A DNA stretch of 64,000 bases from NCBI GenBank assembly GCA_051294905.1, contig JBPPKV010000064.1, positions 1 through 64,000 of the forward strand, in the 5' to 3' direction. The stretch comes from Botryllus schlosseri. Its lineage: Eukaryota. Below the pieces are notes generated by a model. That model was not told the DNA's origin. It made no database searches and saw only the letters and a program-made list of their open reading frames with translations. The first letter of the stretch is position 1; each line of letters starts with the position of its first letter. Positions 37,246 to 48,795 of this stretch are shown in pieces. The position numbers and the translations under genes were made by a program.

Positions 37246-38519
37246 CAGGGCTTTGGAGCCGGAGCCGTGCATTTTCACCGGAGCCGGAGCCGGAGCTCTA
37301 CATAAAATTCTGCCGGAGCCGGAGCTGGAGCTGGAGCCCGTAATTTGAGGAGTAGCTCCGGCTCCGACCTATTTCATAAGATGCTATATGCATATACGCA
37401 ACAACCACATCTGTTGATTTATCATAATTGAACACCAGACATGAATTTTAATGCTGCGCACAGCAATGGCATATAGTAAAGTTCGTTCTAGTGCAACTAT
37501 GATGTTGTCGACAATTGACAATTATTGAGCATGACGTCACAAGCCGGCACAGCGGCACCTATAGGTCTTCGTTGCTACATATATCGGATGTTGCTGACGG
37601 CTGACAGACTCTAGATTACTATACACAACTAACCTATGGGTAGATTAGTAATCTATATACACCAGGAATGGCCAACCTTTTCGGCTAAAGGGGCACATGG
37701 AATTGACGAACGAGTGCGCGGTTCACTAGCCGCGCCAAGCGGGTAAAATTTTCCAAGTTTATAATTAAACTAGGTCAATAATATTATTACTTGAGTATTG
37801 CGGGTCTATTGTATACCGTCCGCTAGGCTCAGTTTGCAAGAACACGACTATTCGGCGTCTGGCCACATCGATATCGAAGGTCTCCGATAATATGCGACAA
37901 TCATTTTGTGCCTACATTTCACCGTCGACGATCTTGATGCGAGCGCAAACGCGAAAATACTTTCTCCCGTAATTGCGAATACAGTTAGACTCAATCGGGT
38001 AAATTAGGCGATTTTTTTCATTTTCAGTAGGGGGTAGGCTACCAAGCAAGAAATCGTGTGACAATTAAACACGCAAAGTGTGAAGAAAAATTTCGCTACT
38101 ATTTTAGTTTATCGTAATGTACGACGATTTACTGAAAATGTGACTGGACCCAGGATCTGTCAATGCGTCGGAACTGATATTTTAGTCAGCAACATCCCAA
38201 GTGTCGCAGTCAGAATTGTAATTTCTGGTTGGCATTGCAAGTTCACAATCTGAGCAATTCATTTTCGATAATATAATAGGAAATTTCCTCGCGGGCCACG
38301 CAAAACCCTCTCGCGGTCGCGGGCAACATTTGGCCCGCGGGTTTGCCACCCCTGGTATAGACTGGCCAATTCGATAATTTCAGAGCCGGAGCCGGAGCTG
38401 GAGCCGGAGCAGTGGTAATAATGCGGCTCCGGAGCTGGAGCCGGAGCTAATGTATGATAGAAGAGAGCTCCGGAGCCGGAGCTGGAGCAGTTTAAATTTA
38501 CGGCTGCTCCAAAGCCCTG
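37246..38519. mobile_element. ggagcc-repeat TIR element (ends lack a shared TSD) with nested hAT at 37663-38354
   Basis: Ends cagggctttggagc / gctccaaagccctg have dissimilar flanks. Inner element caggaatggccaac / gtttgccacccctg has TSD atatacac/gtatagac (6/8). Confidence 0.75.
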
Positions 38520-39392
38520 CCACCAAGGGACAGATTTCTTGTCCATATTCTTTGTCTTTGGTATTGATCGATTCGCTGCTGTCTTTATGCTTTTTGTTAG
38601 AATAGTATTTGCAGACTCCACGTCTCGTTGATCGGACAAATCGACCATTTCATCTGCAATTCGAGAAAACTTCTTCCAATTTGCTTTCTTGAGAGACCAC
38701 GATAGTGGTCGATAAAAAGAAGATATCGCCGAGTTTGTCATATACTTCGTGAATACTACGAAATGATCACTTCCTAGCAGCGACGAAGATATTTCAGTTT
38801 GGCATCTCGCGGCTACATCTTGAGTAGCGAGTGTTAAATCTAGCAACGACCAACGATTGACAGCATTGCTCGCGAGATTGATATGTGTTGGAGTTGAAGA
38901 GTTCAACATGACTAAGTTTGCGTGATCGAGGACATTAAAAAGTTTAGTCCCTCGTTGGTTCGTTTGGTAACTCCACGACCAATGATGTGCATTAAAGTCG
39001 CCAAAGACAATGGATTTTGGTGGTAACGTCTCGAAAATGCTCGCATCACTGTCGCGTAAGCGGCAGTCGGGTGGGATGTACACATTGTACAATGATAGGC
39101 CATGAAGCTTCACACAAAGTACTTCGATGTCGGTTGTAGCAACTGCTTCGATGCTGGAGTTATGTGAAGATTTAATAAAGATCGCTAATCCACCGGAATG
39201 AAGGGATTTGTCCTTTCTGTGACAGTGATATCCTGGGAATTTCGGAGAGTATTTTTCGATAAGGTGTGTTTCCTGGAGAATTATCGCATCTGGAGCCCGT
39301 TCCAGAGTCGTGAGAAGGTGTTTTAGTTCGTGATGCTTCCTATATAATCCTCTGCAATTCCACTGTAAAAAGTTAAGTCCTATATTATCCAT
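38520..39392 (-). CDS. LINE ORF2 apurinic endonuclease domain (truncated)
   Basis: Motifs QWNCRG, LQET, GDFN, LDLTL, SDH and PWW. The remaining ORF-track residues (QGFG...) are read-through into the MITE. Confidence 0.9.
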
Positions 39393-40746
39393 CGTTTGTG
39401 GGATTTGTCATCGGATTGGTGTCATTGATATCATGGAAGGGTTCGAAAATGTTTCTCATCGTGACAACATCTGCCTGTCGACCGAGATATTTCAAAGCAA
39501 CTTTGGATACTATATTGTATATATCGCACTCCGTGTCTGATTTGCAGGCCGCTAATGTAAGCTTCACTATTTCAGCCAGTAGTGCGATAAGATGGATCGG
39601 ATCAATATACGCTAACGAAGATTGATTATTTGGTTCCAAATTAGGATGATTGTTTGGGTCGTTGCTTTCAATGTCTTTGTTTATGTGATTAGAGGTTGTT
39701 TGTAGCGGAATCTTCCTGATGGTGGCTCGGTGACTTGGGCTGTTGATTGTTGATCGTTGCTGATTGATGACACGCGTTGCGCTATCCTGCGCCGCTTCAC
39801 TGTAAAGACGCGTAGCTTGTGTTTCGGGTGTTTCGGAATTGAGTATTGATTTAGCTTCGGAGTGAGTAACCTTGGAACGTTCTTTTATGATTTGTAATTT
39901 CGCCTGTTCTTTGTACACCGGGCACCCGCCATAAGCAGCACTGTGCGGTTGTTTACAATTAATGCAACATAAATCTTTGGTACACTTATCAACCTCGTGA
40001 TCACGACCCCCACATTTTGAACAGCATTGTTTCCCACGACAGTTCTCTTTTGTGTGGCCATATCTATTGCATCCAAAACATCTGACAGGTGGCGGGTTAT
40101 AAGGTTTGGTGCGGAACCGTAGGTATGAAAAATGCACGTAGTCAGGGAATGTCTCAGATGTGAAACATAACAAAATCGAGAGGCTGCTATCATATTTTCC
40201 ATCTACTTTGCGCTTTAGCCGTTTAACGAAATTGACGCCAATTTCAAAGAACTCTTTCAAGATCTCTTCTTCTGTGATATCCAGCGGAACGCCGGATATC
40301 ACTGCTCGTGCTCCGTAAGGTTTGACACCAAATAATGAGGTTTTGACTTCGATCAGGTTGGAGTCCTTTCCTATTTGATCTATAGTGAGAAGTTTATCAG
40401 CCTGTTCTTTGGTTTTACAAGTTACAACTAGATCTCCAGAAGGCAATCTACGTATTTTTTCAAAATTGCCAATGTTTATCTTAAGTGCCTCACATACCTT
40501 TGTAGGATGTTGGTGTCCCATGCGTGTTCCATCAGACCCCGATAGCAGCACGTCAAGTTGTTGACTTGTTGCTTTTTGGCTATTAGATTCCCGTTCCTTC
40601 CCAACAGCATTATCCATCAGTGCAAATTTCTTGGCAGGTATTTTGCTTCTTACTTCGCACCACTCCCCATCCCCGCATTCTTCCTCAGAAGAATTGAAGG
40701 TAGTTGAAGACTTCCTCTTTGCGGAGGAACTTGTCTCCATGTCCAT
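39385..40746 (-). CDS. LINE ORF1 gag-like nucleic-acid-binding protein (453 aa)
   Basis: Three zinc knuckles: CFGCNRYGHTKENC, CSKCGGRDHEVDKC, CINCKQPHSAAYGGC. No internal stops. Confidence 0.93.
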   Translation of the reverse strand: MDMETSSSAKRKSSTTFNSSEEECGDGEWCEVRSKIPAKKFALMDNAVGKERESNSQKATSQQLDVLLSGSDGTRMGHQHPTKVCEALKINIGNFEKIRRLPSGDLVVTCKTKEQADKLLTIDQIGKDSNLIEVKTSLFGVKPYGARAVISGVPLDITEEEILKEFFEIGVNFVKRLKRKVDGKYDSSLSILLCFTSETFPDYVHFSYLRFRTKPYNPPPVRCFGCNRYGHTKENCRGKQCCSKCGGRDHEVDKCTKDLCCINCKQPHSAAYGGCPVYKEQAKLQIIKERSKVTHSEAKSILNSETPETQATRLYSEAAQDSATRVINQQRSTINSPSHRATIRKIPLQTTSNHINKDIESNDPNNHPNLEPNNQSSLAYIDPIHLIALLAEIVKLTLAACKSDTECDIYNIVSKVALKYLGRQADVVTMRNIFEPFHDINDTNPMTNPTNDG

Positions 40747-43700
40747 ATCTGGCTACGCCAAAGCGTAAATTGCTAGTCGGACACTTGTCTTGATTACCCA
40801 ATCTGCTAAGCTTAAATGAACTGAAACGACGATGCGTCCGCACGCTACGACGTCTCTGAGCGAAATCCGCTCGGCTGGATATTTGCACCAATCTACATCG
40901 CTGCTGGCATCGTCACAATGCCGGAATATCTGAAAGCGAGATTCGGCGGGGAAAGAATACAAATTTATCTATCGATTCTATCACTTCTGCTGTACATTTT
41001 CACCAAAATATCGGTGGTTTTACCATAATTTTCAATCAAAATAGACATACTTTTCACACCAACGATTGTGTCTGCAGGCAGATCTGTTTGCGGGAGCGAT
41101 CTTCATACAGGAAGCACTTGGTTGGAATCTTTACCTTGCCATGGTTCTTCTGCTGGCAATCACAGCTCTGTACACGGTAACTGGCGGACTAGCGGCCGTG
41201 ATATACACTGATACGGCACAGACCTTTATTATGACCGCTGGAGCGATTGTGATGATGGCGTTATGTATGATCCCATACTCGTGTATTTGAATGATCAACA
41301 AATTATAGCAATGTTCTTGGTTATACAGCTTTTTCGAGGATAGGAGGATACGACCAGCTTGAGCCAAAATATATGAATGCCATCCCATCTGTACAACCTG
41401 AGAATCATTCTGAATGCGGCGTTCCTCGTGCCGATTCTTTTAACGTGTTAAGAGACCCTGTGGAAGGTGATTTGCCCTGGCCGGGACTTATTTTTGGGCT
41501 GACTGTCATCTCGACATGGTACTGGTGCACGGATCAGGTCAGTTTCCGGTGGTAAATAAATGATTGCTGCGAGATTGTTTGGACGGTTGCTTTTAGGTAA
41601 TTGTCCAACGGACGCTAGCTGCGAAAAACCTGTCGCACGCGAAAGGAGGCTGCGTGATGGCTGGGTTATTGAAAATCTTACCTATGTACATGATGGTGAT
41701 GGTGGGAATGATGAGTCGTATCGTGTTTACTGGTAACATATAGGCCTAAGTATAATGCTTAATCCGTGTCTTGATATTGATATTGATTTTGTAAAGCTTA
41801 TACTGCTCCTTATTGAAGTGTATCTTTCCTTTCGTTTTCTACTTCCGCACTTGAAGTAGTTTTTGACATGTCTTGACAATTTCTACTTTTACTTATAATT
41901 GAGTAGAAATTCGTGATCGTATTTTTACTTCTACTCGGGTAGCTACGCTGACCATACTTTGAACACATCTGGCGATAGGCACACGTTTCTCGCATCCACT
42001 TCACTGACCTCAAAATGATGCAGGTTATACAAGTTTTTTTTATTTCACCCCGTGCAACTTAACTCTTAAAATATTTTGTTCGAAAGGTAATTATTTCCGT
42101 CCCATATTGATACCAGACCTGAATCGCGTGCATACCTCTATGGCTCTATGAGAACCGTGGTAGGACTAGGGTTGAATTTAAAAAAAATACTTGTTTAAAA
42201 AGTGTTTTGAACAATGGACTTTCAAAAAAAAAACAATGTGTTTTTTTAAGTTGTATAATTATGCCATAATTGTGTAAATTGGATACTTTTCAAAAAAAAA
42301 AAAAACGTTGTATCAGCCTATGGACGATTACCACCCGCTATAGCCGACGTATACGATATGGGGTGGTTGGAACCCTCAAAATAGTCGGTTCAAAGGAGCT
42401 ATATTTATCCTATATTTTCAATTGTTCATGTCAAACCACTATGGCATCACAATTTAATATTCGTGACGTCAGGGCTTTAAAAAACAGACAAAAAACAACA
42501 ACAAAACATGTTTTATACAAGGTTTTTGTTTTAAACATGTTGGTTTTAAATTAATTTTTGTTTTAAATGCAACCTTAAGTATAGGACGTTATCCTGGACC
42601 CTAAATGGGTCATTATCCTTTCTTGGACTGACTTGGTAGAACCGTACGTGGCAAACGTTTCCATTTATATTTCTCACTGTGTAGCATAATGAAAGTCTTC
42701 TGTTACCTTGGGCCTTAGGGCACTCGTAGTTACAATGCGATCCCATCTGTTGAGTTTACACAATATAGCCTACCTGCGCAATTGCGCATTGCACATGTTC
42801 TACCGGTGGCCGTCGTGCTGCCAGCGCTACCGAATCGACTAGGGCCAACTACATTATAAATTCCCCCATATCGCAAACTGAGAGCAAATGCTATTAATGT
42901 TGCCGTTACGGTCATCATATTTCCGTCTGTACAGACGCAGTTGGATGTGCAGTCCCAGAACTTTGTGAACAATATTGCGGAACATCAGTTGGATGCACAA
43001 ATATGGCCTATCCGAAGCTGGTGTTGGAAATAATGCCAACAGGACTGAGAGGTATGAGGGCACGTTAGCAATTTTAATGCTTATCTGACAAAAATAAAAA
43101 CAGGGCTGATGCTTGCGGTGATGATGGCCGCCCTTATGTCGTCACTGACATCCGTCTTCAACAGTAGCTCGACTTTGTTCACGTGTGACATTTGGACTAA
43201 AATTCGCAAAAATGCTTCACAGCGAGAGCTGATGGTGGTCGGACGGTACGGGACAATCATTTTTGTTTTCTAGAATTGTCAGTCGACCGTAAATTTATGA
43301 ATAATAATTTCAGAGTCTTCATATTGTGTATGGTCGGCGTAAGCATCGCGTGGGTGCCTATAGTGCAGGTTGCTGCAAGTGGGCAGCTTTTCGATTACAT
43401 TCAGTCGGTTTCAAGCTTCCTGGCTCCGCCTATCGCTGTAATATTCGTCATGGCGATGTTTTGGCCGAGATTGAATGAAACGGTGCCCGTCATGAATTAC
43501 AACACCCTGAAATAAAGATTGACAATGATGTACGATCCTTTTCATTTCAGGGAGCGTTTTGGTCGTTAACCATCGGGTTGGTTATTGGGATCATACGAAT
43601 GATTTTAGATTTTGTTTACTCCGCGCCATTATGTGGAGAAGAAGACACAAGACCAGCAGTTGTCGCAAAAGTTTGTATCCGTGATATATACGGCATAGTA

Positions 43701-44450
43701 TATTAAAGTCTTATTTCATAGTTGTAAATATGTTGGATAACTCTTCGACGTACCAAGTATAATTCAAAACCTATATCAGGTGTCGGCAACTCTTTCAATC
43801 TTGTGCTGCGGCTCCATAGCTTTATAACATGTCAGTAAATACTACTAGTCAACACCACGAAAGTTGATGCGGTGTCAGTAACATAAAGAATCATGTAAAT
43901 GTTGGCTGAATAATAGTTGCGATGCCCAATTAGTTTTATTTGATGCGAATGCGATGTGAACCAAAATCGCTCGTAAGTTGGAAGTCCGATAGTATGCCGA
44001 CCCCTGGCGTAGATTCGTACGGATATTCCGTTTATTTACATTATTGAACACAATAAAAAATAGTGATATTTTTTACTTCCAGGTTCATTACTTATACTTC
44101 GCCTTGATACTTGGAGCTGTGACTGTGATCATCGCTGTTGCTATAAGTTTGTTCACACCTCCCATAGACGAAAAACATGTGAGAAGTCAACGCACTTATC
44201 CTTCAGCAGGTTGACACCTCTGATAACAATCTGTCTATCTGTTAGCTGTACCGGCTGACATGGTGGACTAGGCTCAGCAAAAAGAAGCGAATTCCGATCG
44301 AGTCGCATCGGAAATCCGCAACACATCCAGGCCACGATAACATAGCGATGGAACACGACGAGGGGATCAGTGAGAAAAAGAAAGAGCAAAACCATAGTGA
44401 AGATGCCTATATTCATCACGCTGAAGGTGGGGATATCTAATAGTACCACC

Positions 44451-45410
44451 CAGTGTTGGGATCAAGTCACTACCTTCGAGTCACGAGTCATTTCGAGTCA
44501 TTGCACATTTTGACTCGAGTCAAGTCAAGTCAATCGATTTTCGAAGGTGACTCGAGTCAAGTCAAGTCAGTCGATTTTTGGAGGTGACTCGAGTCAAGTC
44601 GAGTCAAGTCAAGTCAAGTCACGAGTCAAGTCACAATTCAAGTCAAATTGAATTTTCGAGGTGTAAGAGGCGTGATTACGTCATTGTATTTTGCTAGCTG
44701 TCTGAAATACAGATGGAGTGGTCATTGATTTTGAACCGATGAACGAATATAGAGTTGAATATACACCCAACTAAGGCGCTGTATCGCTCACATATAAGTA
44801 GAACTAATAAACTACGTAAGTAATTGCACAGCCTCAGTTTATAGTTACCAGCCAAAATGAAGAAACGAATTGATAAGATGCAATACATTATCCTTTTGCA
44901 TATTGATATGACACAATTCGACCCTGCGCCAATGGTTGAGGACTATGTAAACTATTTTCGAATTCAATTTCAACAAAACAAGAGGTTTGGTCAAGTTAAG
45001 AACGCAGAACAGAAATAGACATTTTGCTATTAAATTTCTTTACTTTACGACAGCGTGGGCTGTAAGCTTCGATCACTTCGTTTGCGATCAATATATTTGT
45101 TAAAGAACAATGGAGGCTCAGTAAAACGCACGATCATTGAATGATTGGTCGCTCTCACGGGTTACGCCAGCGTTGCGCGAACAATCTGAACATATGCAAG
45201 ATAGTGATTTTTATCGACACCGATTACTTGATGACTTGAAATTGACTCGTGAATTTTGCTCCGAGTCACGAGTCAATCCACATTTCTGATACGCCGAGTC
45301 AAGTCAAGTCAAGTCATTTTAGCAAAGTGACTCGAGTCAAGTCAAGTCATACGAAAAAGTGACTCGAGACTGACTCGAGTCAAGTCATGACTCGAGTCAT
45401 CCCAACACTG
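44451..45410. mobile_element. hAT-like non-autonomous element rich in gactcgagtc/caagt repeats
   Basis: TIR cagtgttgggat; perfect TSD gtaccacc at 44443-44450 and 45411-45418. Family copies at 23219-24157, ~26285-27130 (diverged) and 63892 to window end. Confidence 0.92.
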
Positions 45411-45682
45411 GTACCACCCCACCATGTGTGTACTCGAAGGTAGTGGCGGATGGTGCTGGACTTATGAGCTTTGGTAAAGATTCCAGTAATATCCGGCAAT
45501 CCAGCAGTCGCACACGCTATCATTCTATATCTGTTTGGAATAATAATATCTATTATATTAAGACAACCGACTAACACGGGCTACTAATTCTCAAGTCAAA
45601 TGACTGCTGCAGATAGATCGACAAAAACAAATCGACCAAACTCATTCAAGCGTGACTGGCGTCATATTTCGCACATTCAAGT

Positions 45683-46084
45683 CAGAGATGAGCATGGATT
45701 AGGATTAGGATTTAAAAAAACAGGATTTGTGAAATTTTGGCGGATTTGGATTGGATTAGGATTAAAGATTTTTTTCTGAACGGATTAGAATTTGGATTGG
45801 ACTTACCTATTTTCTGGGAGATCGATATGTCGTGTGGCGAATGGCGACAAACTTTATTCAGATCAGTTATTCATGTACTTAGGGTTACTAAGTTATCTTG
45901 AATCAAGGGAATCGTTGGTTGTGAAAGAAAATTTTCCAATTCCTCCCTTGCATAAATTAGCATTTTTTCTAAATTTCCAGTTAGAATCGGATTAGGATTG
46001 GACATGGACTTGAATATGAAAAAGTTATGGATTAGAATTTGGATTTGGATTAGGACATAGAAATTCCAAATCCGCTCATCTCTG
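45683..46084. mobile_element. hAT-like MITE rich in ggattagg/ggattt repeats
   Basis: TIR cagagatgagc / gctcatctctg; perfect TSD attcaagt. Confidence 0.9.
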
Positions 46085-48795
46085 ATTCAAGTACACCACA
46101 CGCTGGTGCCGCTGCTTGGCTGCTATCCTTTACGGTTGCTGCTCCGTATCGTCATAACCAAAAGCTGTACTGGATTCATTTCGTAGTCAGTTATCAATGG
46201 CTGAAACGTGAGAGGGTTGCTAATTTATACTGAAGGGACTGGTATTGTTTGGAGATAACCATACTGTACAATGTACTGTGTGTACGTACATATAGTCATA
46301 GTCAATGAACACTACGTTAAATGCCAAACCAACCAAACCGGCTTTATAGACCCGATATGACCAAGTCTTCAAGACGAGAGTGTAAAAATGTAACTATAAT
46401 TATTGTCCATGTGTAGTGGATTGAGATGCTTAATTTAGATTAGGATATAACGAATATTGAACACTGAACAGTGCCAGGTAAAGAGGAAACTGAATGAAGT
46501 AAACATTATGAGGACCCGTAAATGAATTTATCCCGTCTGGCGCGCATGTCAGGATGAACTTTTTCACTTCGACTTGACAATATAAATGAATGAATGAATG
46601 AATGATTGAAGGAAGGTAAGAGGTTATTGGTCTTGGGGAATGAATGTGTTTAAACCATAATATCGCGATATATTTTACCCGATAATTTCCATGGATTGCT
46701 CATCTTCAAAGTCGAGGCTGAGTTCGTTGTGCGCTATCAACACGACATGCATTGCATAGGTTCCAGATCTATGCTACTACTGTTGTGGACTATTCGGCTG
46801 TTACCGATAAATACCATACCGCTCGACCTATTTGTTCAGGAAGTGCGATTTGTAAAACAACAATCTTTTCATTTTAGAAAAATCGCTCTGTAGAAAAGTC
46901 ATCGATTTGTTCTGCGGATTAGACGAAGTGAAGCCACAGGAGGGCCCACCACCTGCGATGATTACAGATATCACAGAGGAAAGGTGGCCCGCTACCATCG
47001 TGAATCTAGCTTGTCTGGTTATGTTATGCGCAGGAGTCTTTTTATTTGCATTTTACGCGTAGGTCGCATTGTACATTGCTTACGCGTATGGTTGCGATAA
47101 AAATATGAATGGTAAGGCGGTTCTATGCGAATCAAGATTCCAAAACCAGTAGTAATATTAGACGTTTCATGACGCCACGTAAGCTTACTACGTATTATGT
47201 CATCGTTTCATGGAATAATATATGGAATCTTGTAACTCTTGGCCGTATATGGTCTGTAATTCCGTAGCCAATAGCTATTTCAATGGAGCAGGAATGATTT
47301 ATCAATAAATTCAATTGCCATGACTTATTGACTAGTATGATCTTCACTTTGCAACTTGCTTGTGGCAAAAAACGTAGTAGTACACAATATATGTAGCCTA
47401 CTGTACAAATTTGCAACTCTATAGAACTGAATTTTGAATATAGTATATTCGTTTCAATATCAATTGTATATTGAAGAAAATCTATAACTACAACCATGTG
47501 AACGTTGTAAAAACATGGCTTGCCAGGATAGGTTTATGAGACAAGTCGGCGAAAACACAGCGGCATAAAATTTCCAAGATACGTACGTTGTACATTCTGT
47601 TTCTTGTGAACAAAGCGCATACAGATGACAAGGGTTCTTGAAAACACCATCTTCTGACTACAAACTGAGTAATCGAAATTCGTTGCGACTATTCAAATAA
47701 GTTATGGGTTGATAGTCTTTACGCGCTATGCGCTAGAAAGCTACTTGTTTTCAAACTGCGTATACGATATCGCATTCAACGTTAGAGTCAGCCCTGGTTG
47801 ACGAATAGATGTACCTTTAACAGGATATCTAAATTCGTAAATCGAGGGAAGTATTATCCAGGTAATAGACATTATCGCGATCTCAGTTTTCATAGTTTCT
47901 TTTTGATATGTAATGTTTATGAGATATCTTTTGGCTTTGGAAAGTTTGCAAGCTCACGCCCAGACGAACTTCATGTCATCCTGTAAGCGTGCCAAAGGAC
48001 TCATCAAATCGTTAACCTCGGAATGCAAATATTCAATGCAAGCTGCTTGTGTAATGTAGTTTTTATCCACTTAGCGCGTCAGGTGTAAGGAATGATAACA
48101 AGACAATGGACGAGTTGGTAAGCAGCATTATTACAACATAGATATAATATGAAACAGTAGAGTGAGTAGACGATTTTATAATAGTAAGGTTCCGCCAAGT
48201 AAGTGCGTCTTCAGTTAGGATCAGTTTATATATATTTGAAGCAATTTAATACGCCGCACGAAAGTGGCACAATCAAAAGATACGCTTGAGCCGAAACGCT
48301 TTGGACAAATATTACAATCAAATATCCACCTTGGAGTACGATTCAACCTGCGCCGCATGCAGAGCGCGGCCGGAAGAAATACCAGATACATGATAAATGC
48401 CAACAAATTAAGCTGAATAACATTTCGTTTTAACCATGAAGTCGTGCGGGCGTGGTTAGAATTAAAAACTGGAGCGTCTGCTGCGCGATTTGGCGTTCAC
48501 GATTACCTTACGAGCAGACGGGCATTGTACCATTTGTATCATTGTGCGATCAACCGTACGACTTCAGCAATATATGTAAGAGGAATGTTCTTCTGTGCTG
48601 CGTTTTTATCCCAGAAAATTGAAGGAGAGAGTGTCTGACTCACCTTACAAATAATTAGCGCGAAAAACTTGCTCTGGGCGAAATAGTTTGTTACCCGACA
48701 CCTTTTCGGTAGCAACTCCGCAGGCTGAGTTGTGAGCACACATTATTTTCAGCCGTATATAGTTATAACACAGTAGATAGAGGCCGACAGTCACA

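Larger units (their letters stand above)
38520..40869 (-). mobile_element. I/Jockey-group LINE with intact 5' UTR, ORF1 and APE endonuclease; RT half missing
   Basis: ORF1 and ORF2 overlap by 8 nt. ORF2 stops abruptly after KKSVPWW at the TIR element end (38519/38520). Confidence 0.92.
40870..47062 (+). pseudogene. SLC5A1-like: SLC5A/SGLT paralog A, 5'-truncated (exons 1-2 and start of exon 3 missing)
   Basis: Exons 40870-41013 (partial), 41078-41264, 41329-41537, 41597-41732, 42935-43051, 43104-43245, 43314-43482, 43551-43670, 44083-44178, 44246-44426, 46878-47062 join in frame with GT-AG sites. Phases match paralog B, except that B's exons 12-13 correspond to the single exon 44246-44426. 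Motifs [29 protein letters not shown]. Confidence 0.88.

Noticed and set aside
38259-38519. C-terminal 87 aa of the 377-aa ORF (APAPAPEP...)
   Set aside because: Read-through into ggagcc MITE repeats, not LINE protein.
44451-45410. CRISPR-like array from the gactcgagtc/caagt repeats
   Set aside because: These are short irregular subterminal repeats of a TSD-flanked eukaryotic transposon, with no unique spacers and no cas genes.
47560-48100. Decayed coding-like minus-strand stretch between the SGLT genes
   Set aside because: Several stops and no recognisable domain.
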